Below are positions 29,041 to 41,479 of a stretch of DNA of 64,000 nt, in pieces. Positions within the stretch are counted from its first letter, which is position 1, and every line of letters starts with the position of its first letter. A model generated the notes under the pieces. It saw only the letters and a list, made by a program, of their open reading frames with translations. It was not told the DNA's origin and ran no database searches. The translations under genes and the position numbers were made by a program. The DNA is from the human T2T-CHM13v2.0 reference genome, Homo sapiens, in NCBI RefSeq assembly GCF_009914755.1, contig NC_060925.1. One strand, written 5' to 3'.

Positions 29041-29914
29041 ATAAGTTACAAAGTAGATATAAGGACATACTGGGTGTTTTGCACTATCTGCACCAAACAT
29101 TTAATTTTAGATATCTGGATTTGTAAATTTCCAGAGAGAGTTTCTCACTTGAACACAAATATTTGGATATTATTTAGCCAAAACTTCACAGTTCTGAAAA
29201 ACAGAGAGCAAGGTGATCAATAGTCAGAAAAGTTTCCTGCTGCTTGTTAGTAAAAACTATCTTACTATGTGAAAGACACCAATAGTCCTTTATATATCTC
29301 TCAAAAACAGTCTGAATTATTGTTTGCTATTTATTAAACAAAATCCCTTGGCTTCCATGATATCATATTCTCTTTATTCTTCTATGACTTTTACTGTTCA
29401 TTCTTGGGCCCGTGCCTTGCCTGCTTTTTCTCTGCATGCTTGAATTTGCTTTCCCTCAGCATTTTCACCTTTGTCTACATCGTTTTTTATTTGTTTTATT
29501 TCTTTCTCACTCTATGTCAGTCAGTGGTTCTCAGTACATTTTGGAAATTTGTTGGGGCATTTTCGGTTATCAAGTGAGTTTAGGAGCAGGTTTAGTGGGG
29601 AGAGTCCATTATGCTAGATGACCTACGGTCTGTGAGATGGTTCTATGTAACAGAAAATGCAGCCTGGCCAACTTTAAAGAGTTCCACCAGACATTCATGA
29701 TAGTAAATCTGCTTAAATATTTTTAGGTGATAATCTAACTCCAATTTATATAAAATCTGACATTTTTATATGGTATAATTTATACCATAACCTAACGTAG
29801 GGTATAATTGTAATTTATTTTGTTTGGAACTTTACCAGTCATCAAGTTCAGTTTCTTTTATATCTGAAATACCCAAGTTTTCTTCTCCCTTCTCTCTTTC
29901 TGCCTGCAATGAAA

Positions 29915-30696
29915 TTCTGATAATAACCACCCAGTGTTGGGTCAAACTTCATGAGTTAAGGACACAGTGCTCCAATAACACTGCCTTCACTTCAAATACC
30001 AGCCTCATTCCTTGGGGTTTCCAGGGCACCGTCACTTTCAACAACCTGACAACAAATTTGGGAGTTCCCACTAGCCTCTCAGTTTCCGTTATTCTTTTGA
30101 AACAACTCATAAAAGTCAGAAAAGTGCTATACTTATGATTACAGTTTTACTATGACAAATCAGGACTAGCCAAAGAAGAAATACATAGGATGAGGACTAC
30201 GAGGGTCCTAAATGAGGAGTTCCCCATAGAAAGTCAACATGCATCACTCTTTTGTCACATCAGTAAGTAACAGTGTGTACATAGTACTGTCAACAAGGGA
30301 AGCTCACCCAACCTGTGATGTCTAGAGCTTTTATTAGGGCTTCATTACATTGGCATGATGGATTGAATCATTGGTCATGCACTGAATTCAATCTCCAGGT
30401 CTCCTCTCTCCCCCCGAAAGCTTTCAGGCAGATATCATGTGGCTCAAAGTTCCAATGCTCCAATCACAAGTTTGGCTTTTCTGATGTGACAAGCAGCCAT
30501 CCTAAGACATCTTATTAGCATAAATTATCTAGGGGTTCACCATGCGTCTCCTCCTTAGCATAAACTCAGGTATAGTCTGAGGAGACTACTCAACAACAAA
30601 GATGCTCCCAGCATATGTGAAATGCCAAGGGTTTGGAAGCTTCCTCCCAGAAATCAGGGAAAAGGCCAGTCACATTTTTTAAAAAATTATACAACA
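29915..30696 (-). mobile_element. MER21-family LTR (MER21C/MER77-like)
   Basis: Antisense homology to the MER21 copy upstream (ACACTGCCTTCACTTCAAATACCAG, AGGGCTTCATTACAT..GCATGATGGATTG); ends TATACAACA. Confidence 0.65.
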
Positions 30697-31380
30697 CTCC
30701 CATTACCTTTCCTTACTTCAGACTATTATCTTCCCAAAGTCTTGCATTATTATCTAAACTATGTTCCTACTTCCAACATGGTTCTGCTTCATTTGCATGC
30801 TCTGCAATCCTGCCAGAATAATCTTGCTAAAATGCAATTTGGACAATGTCAATGCTCTGCTTAAAGTCTTTTAATGTTGCCCTCAATTTTACAAAGCAAA
30901 TCTGGATTCCTTTGCATAACATACAATACTCTCTGTCAGGTTCATTTGCCTAACTCACTAGTCTTATGTACTCTCCAAATTATTTATTTTTCCAGTTGAA
31001 AAAATATATATCCAATTACATATTCTCAATGAAGTGACGTATTTCTCTTTTGAATGTTGTTGTTCATGCTATTTTCTTTTTTAGAAAACCTTTGCCTTCC
31101 CCCTACTCCTATTTGTCTACATAACCTATTATAATTCAAGACTCAAATTAGGTAAAATTAAATGTTTCTTATTCTACTCAGGTCAGATGAGGTTCTATTT
31201 TTTATATTCTCCTGGTATTATGTGCATGATTTTTGGCAAACTATTTATTTTCAATTAGAAATAATCTATTTATATGAATGTCTACACTGCAAAATTTTCC
31301 TGATACCTGTCCTCTTATAGACATGTAATAAGTGTTTTAAGTGAGCAAATCTGGATAGGAAAATTGTAAATGAATGTAAC
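30697..31380 (+). mobile_element. L2 LINE 3' part
   Basis: CTGCCAGAATAATCTTGCTAAAATGCAA..CTCTGCTTAAAGTCTTTTAATG, ATTCAAGACTCAAAT. Confidence 0.6.
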
Positions 31381-32264
31381 TGAAGCACAGCAGTTTTGGA
31401 ATCAGTAAAATTTGGCCAGAATGATATTTTGATATCACACAACTGCTCATTTTATGAAGCACAAGCCATAGAAACAGAACATTATCTCTTTAAAATTTTG
31501 ATCCATATGAGTTGCAAATAGTATTTAATATATGGTGTTGAACAAATGCATCACCATCACATTTTCCAAAGTGAGAAGCTATTCAAGGATCTCAGGAAGT
31601 GTAACAGTATTAAAGGTTAAGTTAGCTTTAAAAATAAAATGAAATGCCCATGTTTTAATAATGTGGAACATGTTGTATTATATAAATGGAGTGATTATTC
31701 TAGTATTGATGTGTGGAAGATGAGATATTAAATATCGGTGAATTTTTAAAGACTAAAAATCTTTTATATATCGTATATATTTATAGAATATTATTCACAA
31801 AGTTAGAAATAAAACCATATTTTTTAAGGCAGCAGAGTAGGTGAATTGTGGTACATCATCACACAGAAATAATCCCTAAAATAAAGGGTGAATCAACAGG
31901 ACAAAATACATTGGATCATATTCTAACAGTAAATGAAATGGGTGATTTAGCTTCTCATTTATTCATCTTGCATTTGTTTAATCCATTTGTTATTCAAATA
32001 TAGCAATAAAAACTATTCTACTTGGATTTTTTCCAATAAAAATATGCAACAAATGAATATCTAAAATATGGAATAATGAAAATTTATAAAGATGTATTTA
32101 CTTTCATTTTATTTTTAAACTAGAGTTTGACTTTTCTAGAGGCAGTATGTTTTCTCTTCTCAAATCATTTTATTACTCGAAGGCTTCCAATAAACAAAGT
32201 TATCTAATCCTCTATTAATAGGTCCATTTTCTATCATATAAAATTCTTTTTTGTTTCCTACAGT

Positions 32265-32742
32265 CGCTGGAACAAAATACCACAACCTCAGTAGCTTAGC
32301 ACAACACAAATTCATTCTCTTGCAGTTCTATAGGCTGGAAATTCAAAATGGTTTTACTGGGCTAAAATCAGAGCCATATCTCTTCTGAAGACTATAGGAG
32401 ACAGTCTGTGTCCTTGCCTTTTCCAGCTTTTAGAGACCATCTGCTCTTCTTGTCCTGTGGTTCCTTCTTCCACCTTCAAAGGCAGCACCGTCCTGCCAAC
32501 CACTTCTCCTTAGCTCTCCCAAGGAAACTCTTCTGTCTCCCTCTGTCACTTTTGAGGATTCTTGTGATGATATTGAGCCCAACAGCATAATCCAACATAA
32601 TCTCTCTAATTTCAGGTCACCTGAGTAACAAATTGAATTTTATCTGTATCTTAATTCCTCTTTGCATGTAACCTAACATGTTAGCAGGTTCTGACAATTT
32701 GGGCGTGGGCCTCTTTGAGGAGACTTTATTCTCCCTACCGCA
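32265..32742 (-). mobile_element. MLT1 (MaLR) solo LTR
   Basis: AACAAAATACCACAACCTCAGTAGCTTA..CAACACAAATT..CAGTTCT; ends TTATTCTCCCTACCGCA. Confidence 0.8.
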
Positions 32743-35700
32743 CTCACCAACTGAGGTACTACTCCCATTGAGTTGTCAGGGGATAAAGAGATATATATTA
32801 GAATTTAATTAACCTTAACAAGTGCAAATGCCATATTGAAATTAATTTCCCACTTCCAGAGCAAATATATTTGTATTTAACCTCTCAATCAATCGGCAAA
32901 ACATTTATTAGGTACTTTCTCTATCCACAACATTGAAGACTCCTTAGGAGACAAGACAGAAAATTCCCCACTTTGATGAAGTTAATAATTCAGTGGAGGA
33001 AAAAAGTACACTGGAATTGGTATTAACGTTACAAAGAAATATATCCTAAATTACAGGACTTACTAGGGGTTCCCAAACAGTCAGTGGTGATCCATTCATT
33101 GAACAAAAGAGGGATAATTCTTTAATCCAAAAGAATCATTTTCCACTGGTAAAATATTAGATATTGAGGTAGACAAATATTTGAAACCTTCCAGTACAGT
33201 TCAAATCATACCATGTAAAAGCTTAACTTGGTCTTAGCATTTTTTGGGGTAAAAGTCAGTTAAAAAAAAAAATAACTGGAATGCTTTGACCATGTCAGGT
33301 AAACACTCAGATTTTTACACGAGTGATCATATTGTTATAAGGCACAGCAAAGACATGAAGAAAAGAGTAATGGTAGTTTTTACCACAATAACCTGGTAGT
33401 ATAGTGTATAGGCAATCTACAGAGAGCATTAAGCTCTGTGGGAGCAGTGCTAGAGTATGAAGCCATTTTCTTTGTTACTATAGAAACAGCAAAATGTCAA
33501 CTATTTTTAGAGCTCTGTTCCAGGATTCAAGCAGCCATGCTAGTTATCAGTGTGTTTAAAGATGCCAGAAACATATGCCAAGTAATATAGCTAGAAATTT
33601 AAGTTTGTAAGGTAATTTACGTCCTCTAGAACATTTTAATAATATGCATGTCCCATCACATTTAATGCTACTTAAGCAATTAAATATCCATGCTGTATAT
33701 AGAAATTATTCAAACAAGTATTATTTTATATAAACATAGTTAATGAAATAAGTTACTTCCACATACGGTTTTTCAAGGGTGAGTATCACATTATAGTGTT
33801 CATAAGTATAAACACTAAAATTAACTTGGTACACAGAAACTCAATTAGTTGGCCTCTGTTATCACTTAGCTAATTTCTATCACCTTCAATAAACACCTAC
33901 TGAAACCCAGGCACCCCACCAAGTTTTGGAAATCTAAAAATACCCTATTTTTCCCCAAGTACATATTTCTACACATGAGCTAGACCTTAAGATATATTAT
34001 ATTATAAAACTTGACAAAAATTTTAAGGCAAAAAAATGTTAATTAAGAAGCCTTTTTCCAAAAATAACATGTTGGTTTTTAATATTTGCCAAGAAGCAAA
34101 CAGGAAGAATGGATTCATGTTTAACTGTGCAACTTCCTTTGTCTTTGATCCTTACTGAAGCTCCACTGGCAAAAAAGAATCTAAAATCCATCTGTGCAGT
34201 ATATTTTGCATACTAGAGTATAAGGGAAAGTTAGCAGCTTTTATATTTTTATAGACAAGATATAAACCACACAATTAGGAGAAATGATGCAGTTATCAAA
34301 ATTTTACATTACCAAAAGCAGGGTTCACTCATCACTATGTATATATAAAATGTTTGTAATTCATGACCTTCATCTTTTTTCTTTTATATATTTAGTTAAC
34401 ATGCACATTTTGGGGCTTTGCAGACAAATGTAATTGTTGAATGGAATTTGAGAAGAAAGTGATCTGGCAAATGATTCTCACACTGAGATTTACTTTCTTA
34501 GATGTTACTGATGCCTCCTCAGTTCTGTAGACAGAGGCAACTAATTGAGAGTAACACAATCGAAGACTTTTTGCCGAAAATTATCCTTGCATTTGGAGTG
34601 AATTAGATACTGTTGTTACACAATCCTGGCTGGCAGGTTTAAAATCAAGTTGTTTATTAGGCAAATTCATCTAATTTAAGTGATTAAAAATCAGTGTTTT
34701 TAAATTAGGGTAATGTGTTATTGTACTGATTAGTTCATTAGAATTGATGTCCATTGGTTAAGGGGTGAATGGTAAGCCTTGATCACAAGAAAAAAAGAAT
34801 AAACAAAAGTCTGTAATCTCCCAGACAAGTATGTTCTCTCCCTGAAACTTCAACATGCAGAAAACCTTTTGCAGTATTTCAAAAATACATATATGGATAT
34901 GTGTATACTTTAACATAGCATTCACTGATACTTTAATAAGTCATATAACCAGACTGAATTAAAAAGTCAATACAATTTTTTAGATAACTGCACATCAAAT
35001 TATTTAGTTATCCTCAACAGAAAAGATTTTACTCTAATTAACAATTCTTCATTTCTTTTTGTGTGAGAAATTGTGCCTCTGTACCATCAGTTCTTTCCTA
35101 AAGATAAAAGTACAAAAATATTATTTTTTAGATCAACTGTTGTTTGTTTTATTACTGCAAATCGATCACCAAATAACTGGCTGTAGTGTATGCTGTTTTG
35201 TGATGCTCAGCTTTAACTTCTGGACTGAGGAGCTTTTTTCTCAAGCAGCTAGAAGTGTGGACTCTGTCCTCTCCAGATTTGCCCTCTGTGGAAGGCTGTT
35301 GCCTTGCCCCAGGTTATGCAGTTTTACTGGGGCAACTTCTATCCAATGATGCAGGTTAGATAAAGACCTAGTTTTTATTATTCTCTCAATCAATATTGCA
35401 CGTACCACCTATAGTACATAATATTGATTTACATGACCACTCTAGGTTTAAAGCTCTCTGTGGGATTAATTGATACATTTGTTAAAACAAATTGCACCTA
35501 ACTTGTACCTGTAATGAATCTTGGTTCTCTCATGCCCATACAGAGAATATTTTCTAGTTCTCCCCAGTAAAACTCTTGCACTCAAATCTCCATCTCAGAG
35601 TCTGTTTCCAAGGATTTCTAATACCTTGAAGGTGTTTTGGAGATAAGGGATAGGCTATATAACAAAACAAACAAAGGACTGAAAAAAAAGTAGGTTCTCA

Positions 35701-36469
35701 GCATTTATTTATTGATTGATTTAGTATTAACACTTGTAGATCTCACATAATTTTCTTACTGTTTTATTAAAGAGTATCTATAAAAATGAATATACTCTTT
35801 TGCATTGTTGCTACTGCAATAGGGAATTGGCAGCCAATCCCACACTCTTTAGAGCTTATTTTCTGCACTGATAATTTTTCCAAGTGACACTATGACAATG
35901 ACTGTTTAGTAGGTTTTTCTTTTTAGTATATATGGAAAATATTTACAACTGAATATGTGTATTATAGATACAAGAAGGCCTCTCAGGAAGCAATTGACAT
36001 TTGCCTTTTAATAATCAAATAAAAATCTGATAATATAATAAACTAAAGATGTGCATGCTTTATTATGTAATTTCTTTTATTTTTACTATAATAGGCTACA
36101 TATTTTCATATTTCCTACACTTCTTTAGTGCCTAATACAAAGTATATTTACAGTAAATGAATGAGGAAATGAATAAAAGTTAGGTGATTCTTACACAGAT
36201 CTACATTATTTAAACAGACTAGCAAAATAGTATAGGTAAAGGTCAATTAACACTTATGTATTACCTTCTATGTGCTATATCTTACGGTATAGAGTGGAGC
36301 AGGTTAGTGTATAAAAGATAACCTATTTGTGGTTTCAGATAGAGCTGAATTCAAACCTCAGCTTGGCCATTTACTTACATGACTTTTACAAGTTACTGAA
36401 CTGCTTCGTTTATTTTATTTTCTTTCTTTTCTTCCTTTTTTTCTTCTCCTTTTTGTCTTCTCACTTTTC

Positions 36470-36830
36470 TTTTCTTTCTTAACAAATATGGGGCATCCAC
36501 TATGGACCAAACACTATGTAAGTGTTACAAATAAGACTGTAAACAGAATAAGTTTGTATCCTCACATTGCTTACTCTCTACGCAGAATAGTAAACAAGAA
36601 AATAGAGGGTGTCATATTTGTCTCGATCTAGACTGTTTGGAAAAGGCTTGCCAGGATAGATATTCTTGAAGACAAGTCCAGAGGCATGATTAGGAAGGGG
36701 TTATTTTGGTAGATGTGGAGATCGTCACTGAAGGTGATGGGGAGTATCCCATTCACCAATTGTAAGTAGAGGAATAGACAGAGGTGTGGAGGCAAGTGAT
36801 CACAGAGTGTAATGGGAACCCGGTGTAATT
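36470..36830 (-). mobile_element. L2 fragment (a MIR fragment precedes it at ~36290-36410)
   Basis: AACAAATAT..GCATCCACTATG..ACCAAACACTATGTAAGTG L2 3' antisense. Confidence 0.55.
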
Positions 36831-37063
36831 CAGTTCTGAGGGGATCATTTTATCATGAGCAAAAGGAAACCTACTTATGTCTAACTAAGAAAGAGGGATG
36901 TATGATAAGGATTCAGGAGTGTCTAACATAATCCAAAGTAGGGAGGGAGGCCGGCCCCACCCCATGAGGGACTGTCATAGCCCAGCCAGTTTGAGCTGAT
37001 TCTGTCTGTTTTTGCTCTATTTTCCTTTACTTTAGTGTGGAAACATTGCTTTCCAAGCCTAGC

Positions 37064-37362
37064 TTTTTTTTTCTTTTTTTTCCCTGAGGGTCTCGCTCTG
37101 TCATCTAGGCTGGAGTGCAGTGGCACAATCACAGCTACTGTAGTCTTGACTTCCCTGCCCCAAATGATCTGCTCGCTTCAGCCTCCTGAGTAGCTGAGAC
37201 TACAGGTACGTGCCACCATGCCTAGCTAATTTTTGTATTTTTTGTAGAGACAGGGTTTTGCCATGTTGCCCAGGCTGGTCTGGAACTCCTGGACTCAGGC
37301 AATCCACCTACCTTGGCCTCCCAAAGTGCTAGGATTACACGTGTGAAACATCATGCCTGGCC
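37064..37362 (-). mobile_element. AluJ inserted in a probable old MLT1 LTR (~36835-37660)
   Basis: Full dimer with J diagnostics (CACAGCTACTGTAGTCTTGAC, GGACTCAGGCAATCC). Confidence 0.93.
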
Positions 37363-37450
37363 TGCTTTTTCACTATGTCACTTCTCATTTCAGAAACCCA
37401 GCAGAATCCGACCAGGAGCCATTCCCCAAATCCAAGTAATTGTATTTGGT

Positions 37451-37493
37451 ATCAGATTCCCATGTCATCAGATTCCCATGTCATCAGATTCCC
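37451..37493 (+). repeat. 16-bp tandem repeat ATCAGATTCCCATGTC x2.7
   Basis: Exact copies at 37451 and 37467, partial copy at 37483. Confidence 0.95.
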
Positions 37494-37989
37494 TATCCAA
37501 TCCAACCCTACCTTAAATGGGTTAGAAATGCCATGAAGTTTGAAAATTATGTCCAAACCTGAGGGCTTATTTCTGTAGGAAGAAATTGCTAAGGGAAGAT
37601 CATCTCCTCTACCCCTGGAGCATAGAGTGTTATGGTTGGGTAGATGAGGAAGTGTGATTGCACAGGAAAGAGAGAAAAAAATCCATTCTCTTACAAGTTA
37701 TAGTTAGGAATTTGAACTTTATGCGAGGGATATGAACAGTAGTGTTTTATAAAAGACAAGATTTTCTTCTTTAGAAGTGCACCCTATATGTCCAATGGAG
37801 AAAGTATTTGAATGGGTCAGTATTCAGTGTATGAAGACTTCTGTGGTCACATGAAATTCAGTTCACTAGTAGCAGAAAATAAATAGTCCATAGAGGCTGG
37901 AAATAAAACCAGATCACAGGAAAAACTGCAAGGAGCCTAATGAATTTAAATCGTCCTTAGGGTTACCATTAGGGTTTCTGTCAGGGGTG

Positions 37990-38390
37990 TGCCCAGGATT
38001 TGGGATCCAAAGCACTGGCAAGTTGGGGAACCTCTTTAATAAAATAATGCAAATTATAGAAATACACTTAAGAATAAGTTCATATATTTATTTAGATAAG
38101 TGAAGAGATAATTGTAAAATTAAATGTATCTCCACCTCAACTTTTCTTTAACCAGATTTCACAAAGTTGGCCCTCCAGGGCCACCCAACATAAAGGGACA
38201 TATAGCAGAAGGAAAGTTGAAGGGGAAACACACAATGGCCCTGACTCAATGCAGTAAAAATATTCAGACTTTGCAAAATTTCAAGTACATATGACCATTG
38301 AACACATTACTCACATCCCATGTAAAGATACTGCAAGGTGAAGGTGCTGAAGCTTAAGCTTCATTGGTTTCACTGTAAATGCACCTCTAG
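37990..38390. mobile_element. hAT-Tip100 DNA transposon (MER115/Zaphod-like)
   Basis: Terminal GAAGCTTAAGCTTCATTGGTTTCACTGTAAATGCACCTCT. Confidence 0.55.
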
Positions 38391-40020
38391 TTACCATACG
38401 TGACAGATCCAAATCTCCCAGAAAAGCTGAAAATGCTAGTGTCTCCACAAAGCTATATATAGGTGTGAATCAATCTAATATATCAGGGAGAGAATAAAAT
38501 TATTCTACAAGAGCTTAGATGTAACATTAGAATTTGTTTAATGCTATGCTCAATGGCTTACTATTTTACTATGTTCAGGGAATAAGATAATGTTTTAAAT
38601 GCCTTTTTACTACCAATGGTCAATGTCTAGAAATTGAAAAATATATTGTTTCTTGGAATTATCTGTTTTTTGAAAACTTTGACAGTTTGGGTTGATATAT
38701 AATAATATATTTTTTTCAAAGGTGCTTTCATTTTTTTAATGTTTAATGTCCTGAGTACATGTTGAGAAATATTCTCTTTCATTTACAATAGGTGATTTTG
38801 AAAATCGGTGAGGAGGTTATTTTTCTTTAGCTGTAATTATGCTCTCCTAAAGGGGAAATATGCAGGTTTAAGAATAATTATTCTAAGGCATTTGTTGTTC
38901 TTTGAAAAGTACTTTGTAAATAAACACACCAGGAATCCTTGTTTTGCAAGAGTACTTAAAATAGGCAACTTTCTGAAATGAGTTCTAAGTTTATTTCCAC
39001 TAAGTGAATGAGAAGGACTTGGAGGTCAAATATGGAAGAAATGCCAAATTACTTGAACATTAAAGCATTAAACTGTTATGAAATTCATAAAGGAATGTTT
39101 AATTTTTAAAAATAGATAAATTTTATGTTATCTGTGACATCTTTTCATCAGTTAGCAGAAAGTTTTATTGCTACACACTTTTGAGCAACATAACATCATT
39201 ACTTAATATTTTAAAAATATCTTTATATAGAACATGTCTGTGTTTTTGTAATTTGTGTTTGATGCTTATGAAAAGTGTCAGATTGACTTCCCTAGATACC
39301 AAAGTTTTCAATTTTTGCCTTATATAAGCCTTGGGGAAGCAGAGCCTTCTCAATGATCCTAGCCAATATAGTTACAACAGAGCGGTTTAAACAATAACTG
39401 GATGGCTCAGGGCTTGGCCTCTTTGTTGAATCTGTCAGCCAATGCACCAATTAACTCAACTACAATTTTTATGATGTGTACCAATTTTGTTGGAAAGTGA
39501 ACACATGACTGTAGGTTTTACAGTGGCCTCAAGAAACAAAGAGCCTAAACTAATTGCAAAACCTGTCACTATTGTCATTGAGCCATTGAGTTGAAAAGTT
39601 TACTGAGCAATCTCTCACAATTTGCTTTGCACCTAAAGTCATGATTTTATCTAAATTATGCTATCTGCCTTCAGTCAAACATAAAACAAGGAGAAATTAA
39701 TTAATTATATAAATGCAGACTGTGTTTTATTTATATTGCCACAAATTTTAATGTATATATCAAATGATCTCATTCTTCTCAGTTATGAGGCTTAATAAGT
39801 TTATTGCTAAAACTCCCAAGCAAGCAAACTTCATCTTTCATGAAAATGTGGTTTTAAAGTTTCATAAACATATTCTGTGTAAGGTCTGCCTTTGTAACTT
39901 GCTGATGATTCTTGAAAAGACCGAATGTATGAGTGACTCTCCTCTCTTGATTATGAAAATTATAGTCTTGTGGGTTCATGAAACTAATGTGAAAATGAGA
40001 ACAAGAAACAGATAAATTGT

Positions 40021-40061
40021 TGTATTAGTCAAGGTTTTCTAAAGGAGCAGAACCAGTAGGA

Positions 40062-40101
<40 letters not shown>

Positions 40102-40566
40102 TATATATATGGAGATTTTTTATAAGAACTGTTTCACATGTTTACAGAGGCTGAGAATTCCCACAATATACCATCTGCAAGCTGAAGAACCAGGAAATCT
40201 GGTGGTATAATACAGTCTGAGGCTGAAGGCCTGAGAAGAAGGAAGGGAAGGCAGACACTGGTATAAGTCCCAGAATCTGAAAGCCTGGAAATCAGGAGCT
40301 CTAATATTCAAGGGCAGAAAATGACAAAAATCCCATATTAAGAGGAGAGAGGAAGATAATACCTCCTTTCCTCTTTCCATTCCATTCGGACCCCCAATGG
40401 ATTGGATAATGGCACCCACATTGGCACGTGTCAATCTTCACTCAATCTACCCATTCAAATGCCAATCTCTTCTGGAAACACCCTCACAGATATACCCAGA
40501 AATAATGCTTTACCAGCTCTCCCGACATCCCCTGACACAGTCAAATTGAGACATACAATTAACACA
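40021..40566 (-). mobile_element. MLT2 (ERVL) solo LTR
   Basis: TGTATTAGTCAAGGTT..AGAACCAGTAGGAGA start; CAGTCAAATTGAGACATACAATTAACACA end; TSD ATTGT/GTTGT. Confidence 0.9.
40063..40094 (+). repeat. (AC)16 microsatellite
   Basis: Direct count; followed by short AC and AT runs inside MLT2. Confidence 0.97.
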
Positions 40567-40951
40567 GTTGTGATCTGAGGTGAATGTTGGGGTAGCAGGG
40601 AAGAAGGTCAGCGGACAGTTTTGAGTGAAGTCTGATTCCTTGTGCAGGGTTTAGGCTTAGGGAAAGCTCCTGTGCTCTTTTCTCACTTGTATATATGCTG
40701 GAAGGGTCATTGTCTGCAGAATGACTATTGGAATCAAAATAGCAAATTACAACCCAGGTCTGTCTGGGATTGAGAAAAGGGTGTGCGAAATGAGGAACTA
40801 TTAACATATGTCTAGAAAGAGAAGATTAAAACTCTTGCAACCCTATCACCTCATATTTTGGGCTAGAAGATTATAATATGGGAAGTAAAATCTTTTGGAA
40901 CAGAACAGCACCCAGCATGAAGCTCAGGGATATTCTAAAGGGCAATGTCAC

Positions 40952-41314
40952 TGCTATGAACTGAATGTTATAACCCCTCAAAATTTGTGTGTTGAAATCT
41001 AATCACCAATGTAATGGTATTTGGAGGTGGAGTCTTTGGGAGGTGACTAATTCATGAAGGCACAGTCCTCATGAATGGGATTAGTGCCTTTATAAAGGGT
41101 GCCCCTGAAAATTGCCTCAACCTTCTACCACGTGAGGACCCAGTGAGGGAGTGCCATCCCTTAACCAAAAAGCAGGACTTCATCAGACACTGAATCTACC
41201 AGCACCACGACCTTGGATTTGTCTGCCTCCAGGACTATAAGAAATACACTTCTGTGGTTTATAACCTATGCAGTTTATGGTATTTTGTTATCACAGCTGG
41301 AACAGACTGAGACA
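40952..41314 (+). mobile_element. MLT1A-like solo LTR
   Basis: TGCTATGAACTGAATG ... AACAGACTGAGACA; TSD GTCAC/GCCAC. Confidence 0.88.
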
Positions 41315-41479
41315 GCCACCTGCATGGTGAGATGGTTATGTTCTGTTGGTGGTGCTGAGGGCTCTTTGCCCTGGAGCATATTTCTCAAACTCATATCTGA
41401 AGTTCCAAGAAGAACAAAAACTAACACTAAACTGTTAGCCTCCTTTTCTCCATATAAGAAAGCTACATAAGGTAGCTGA

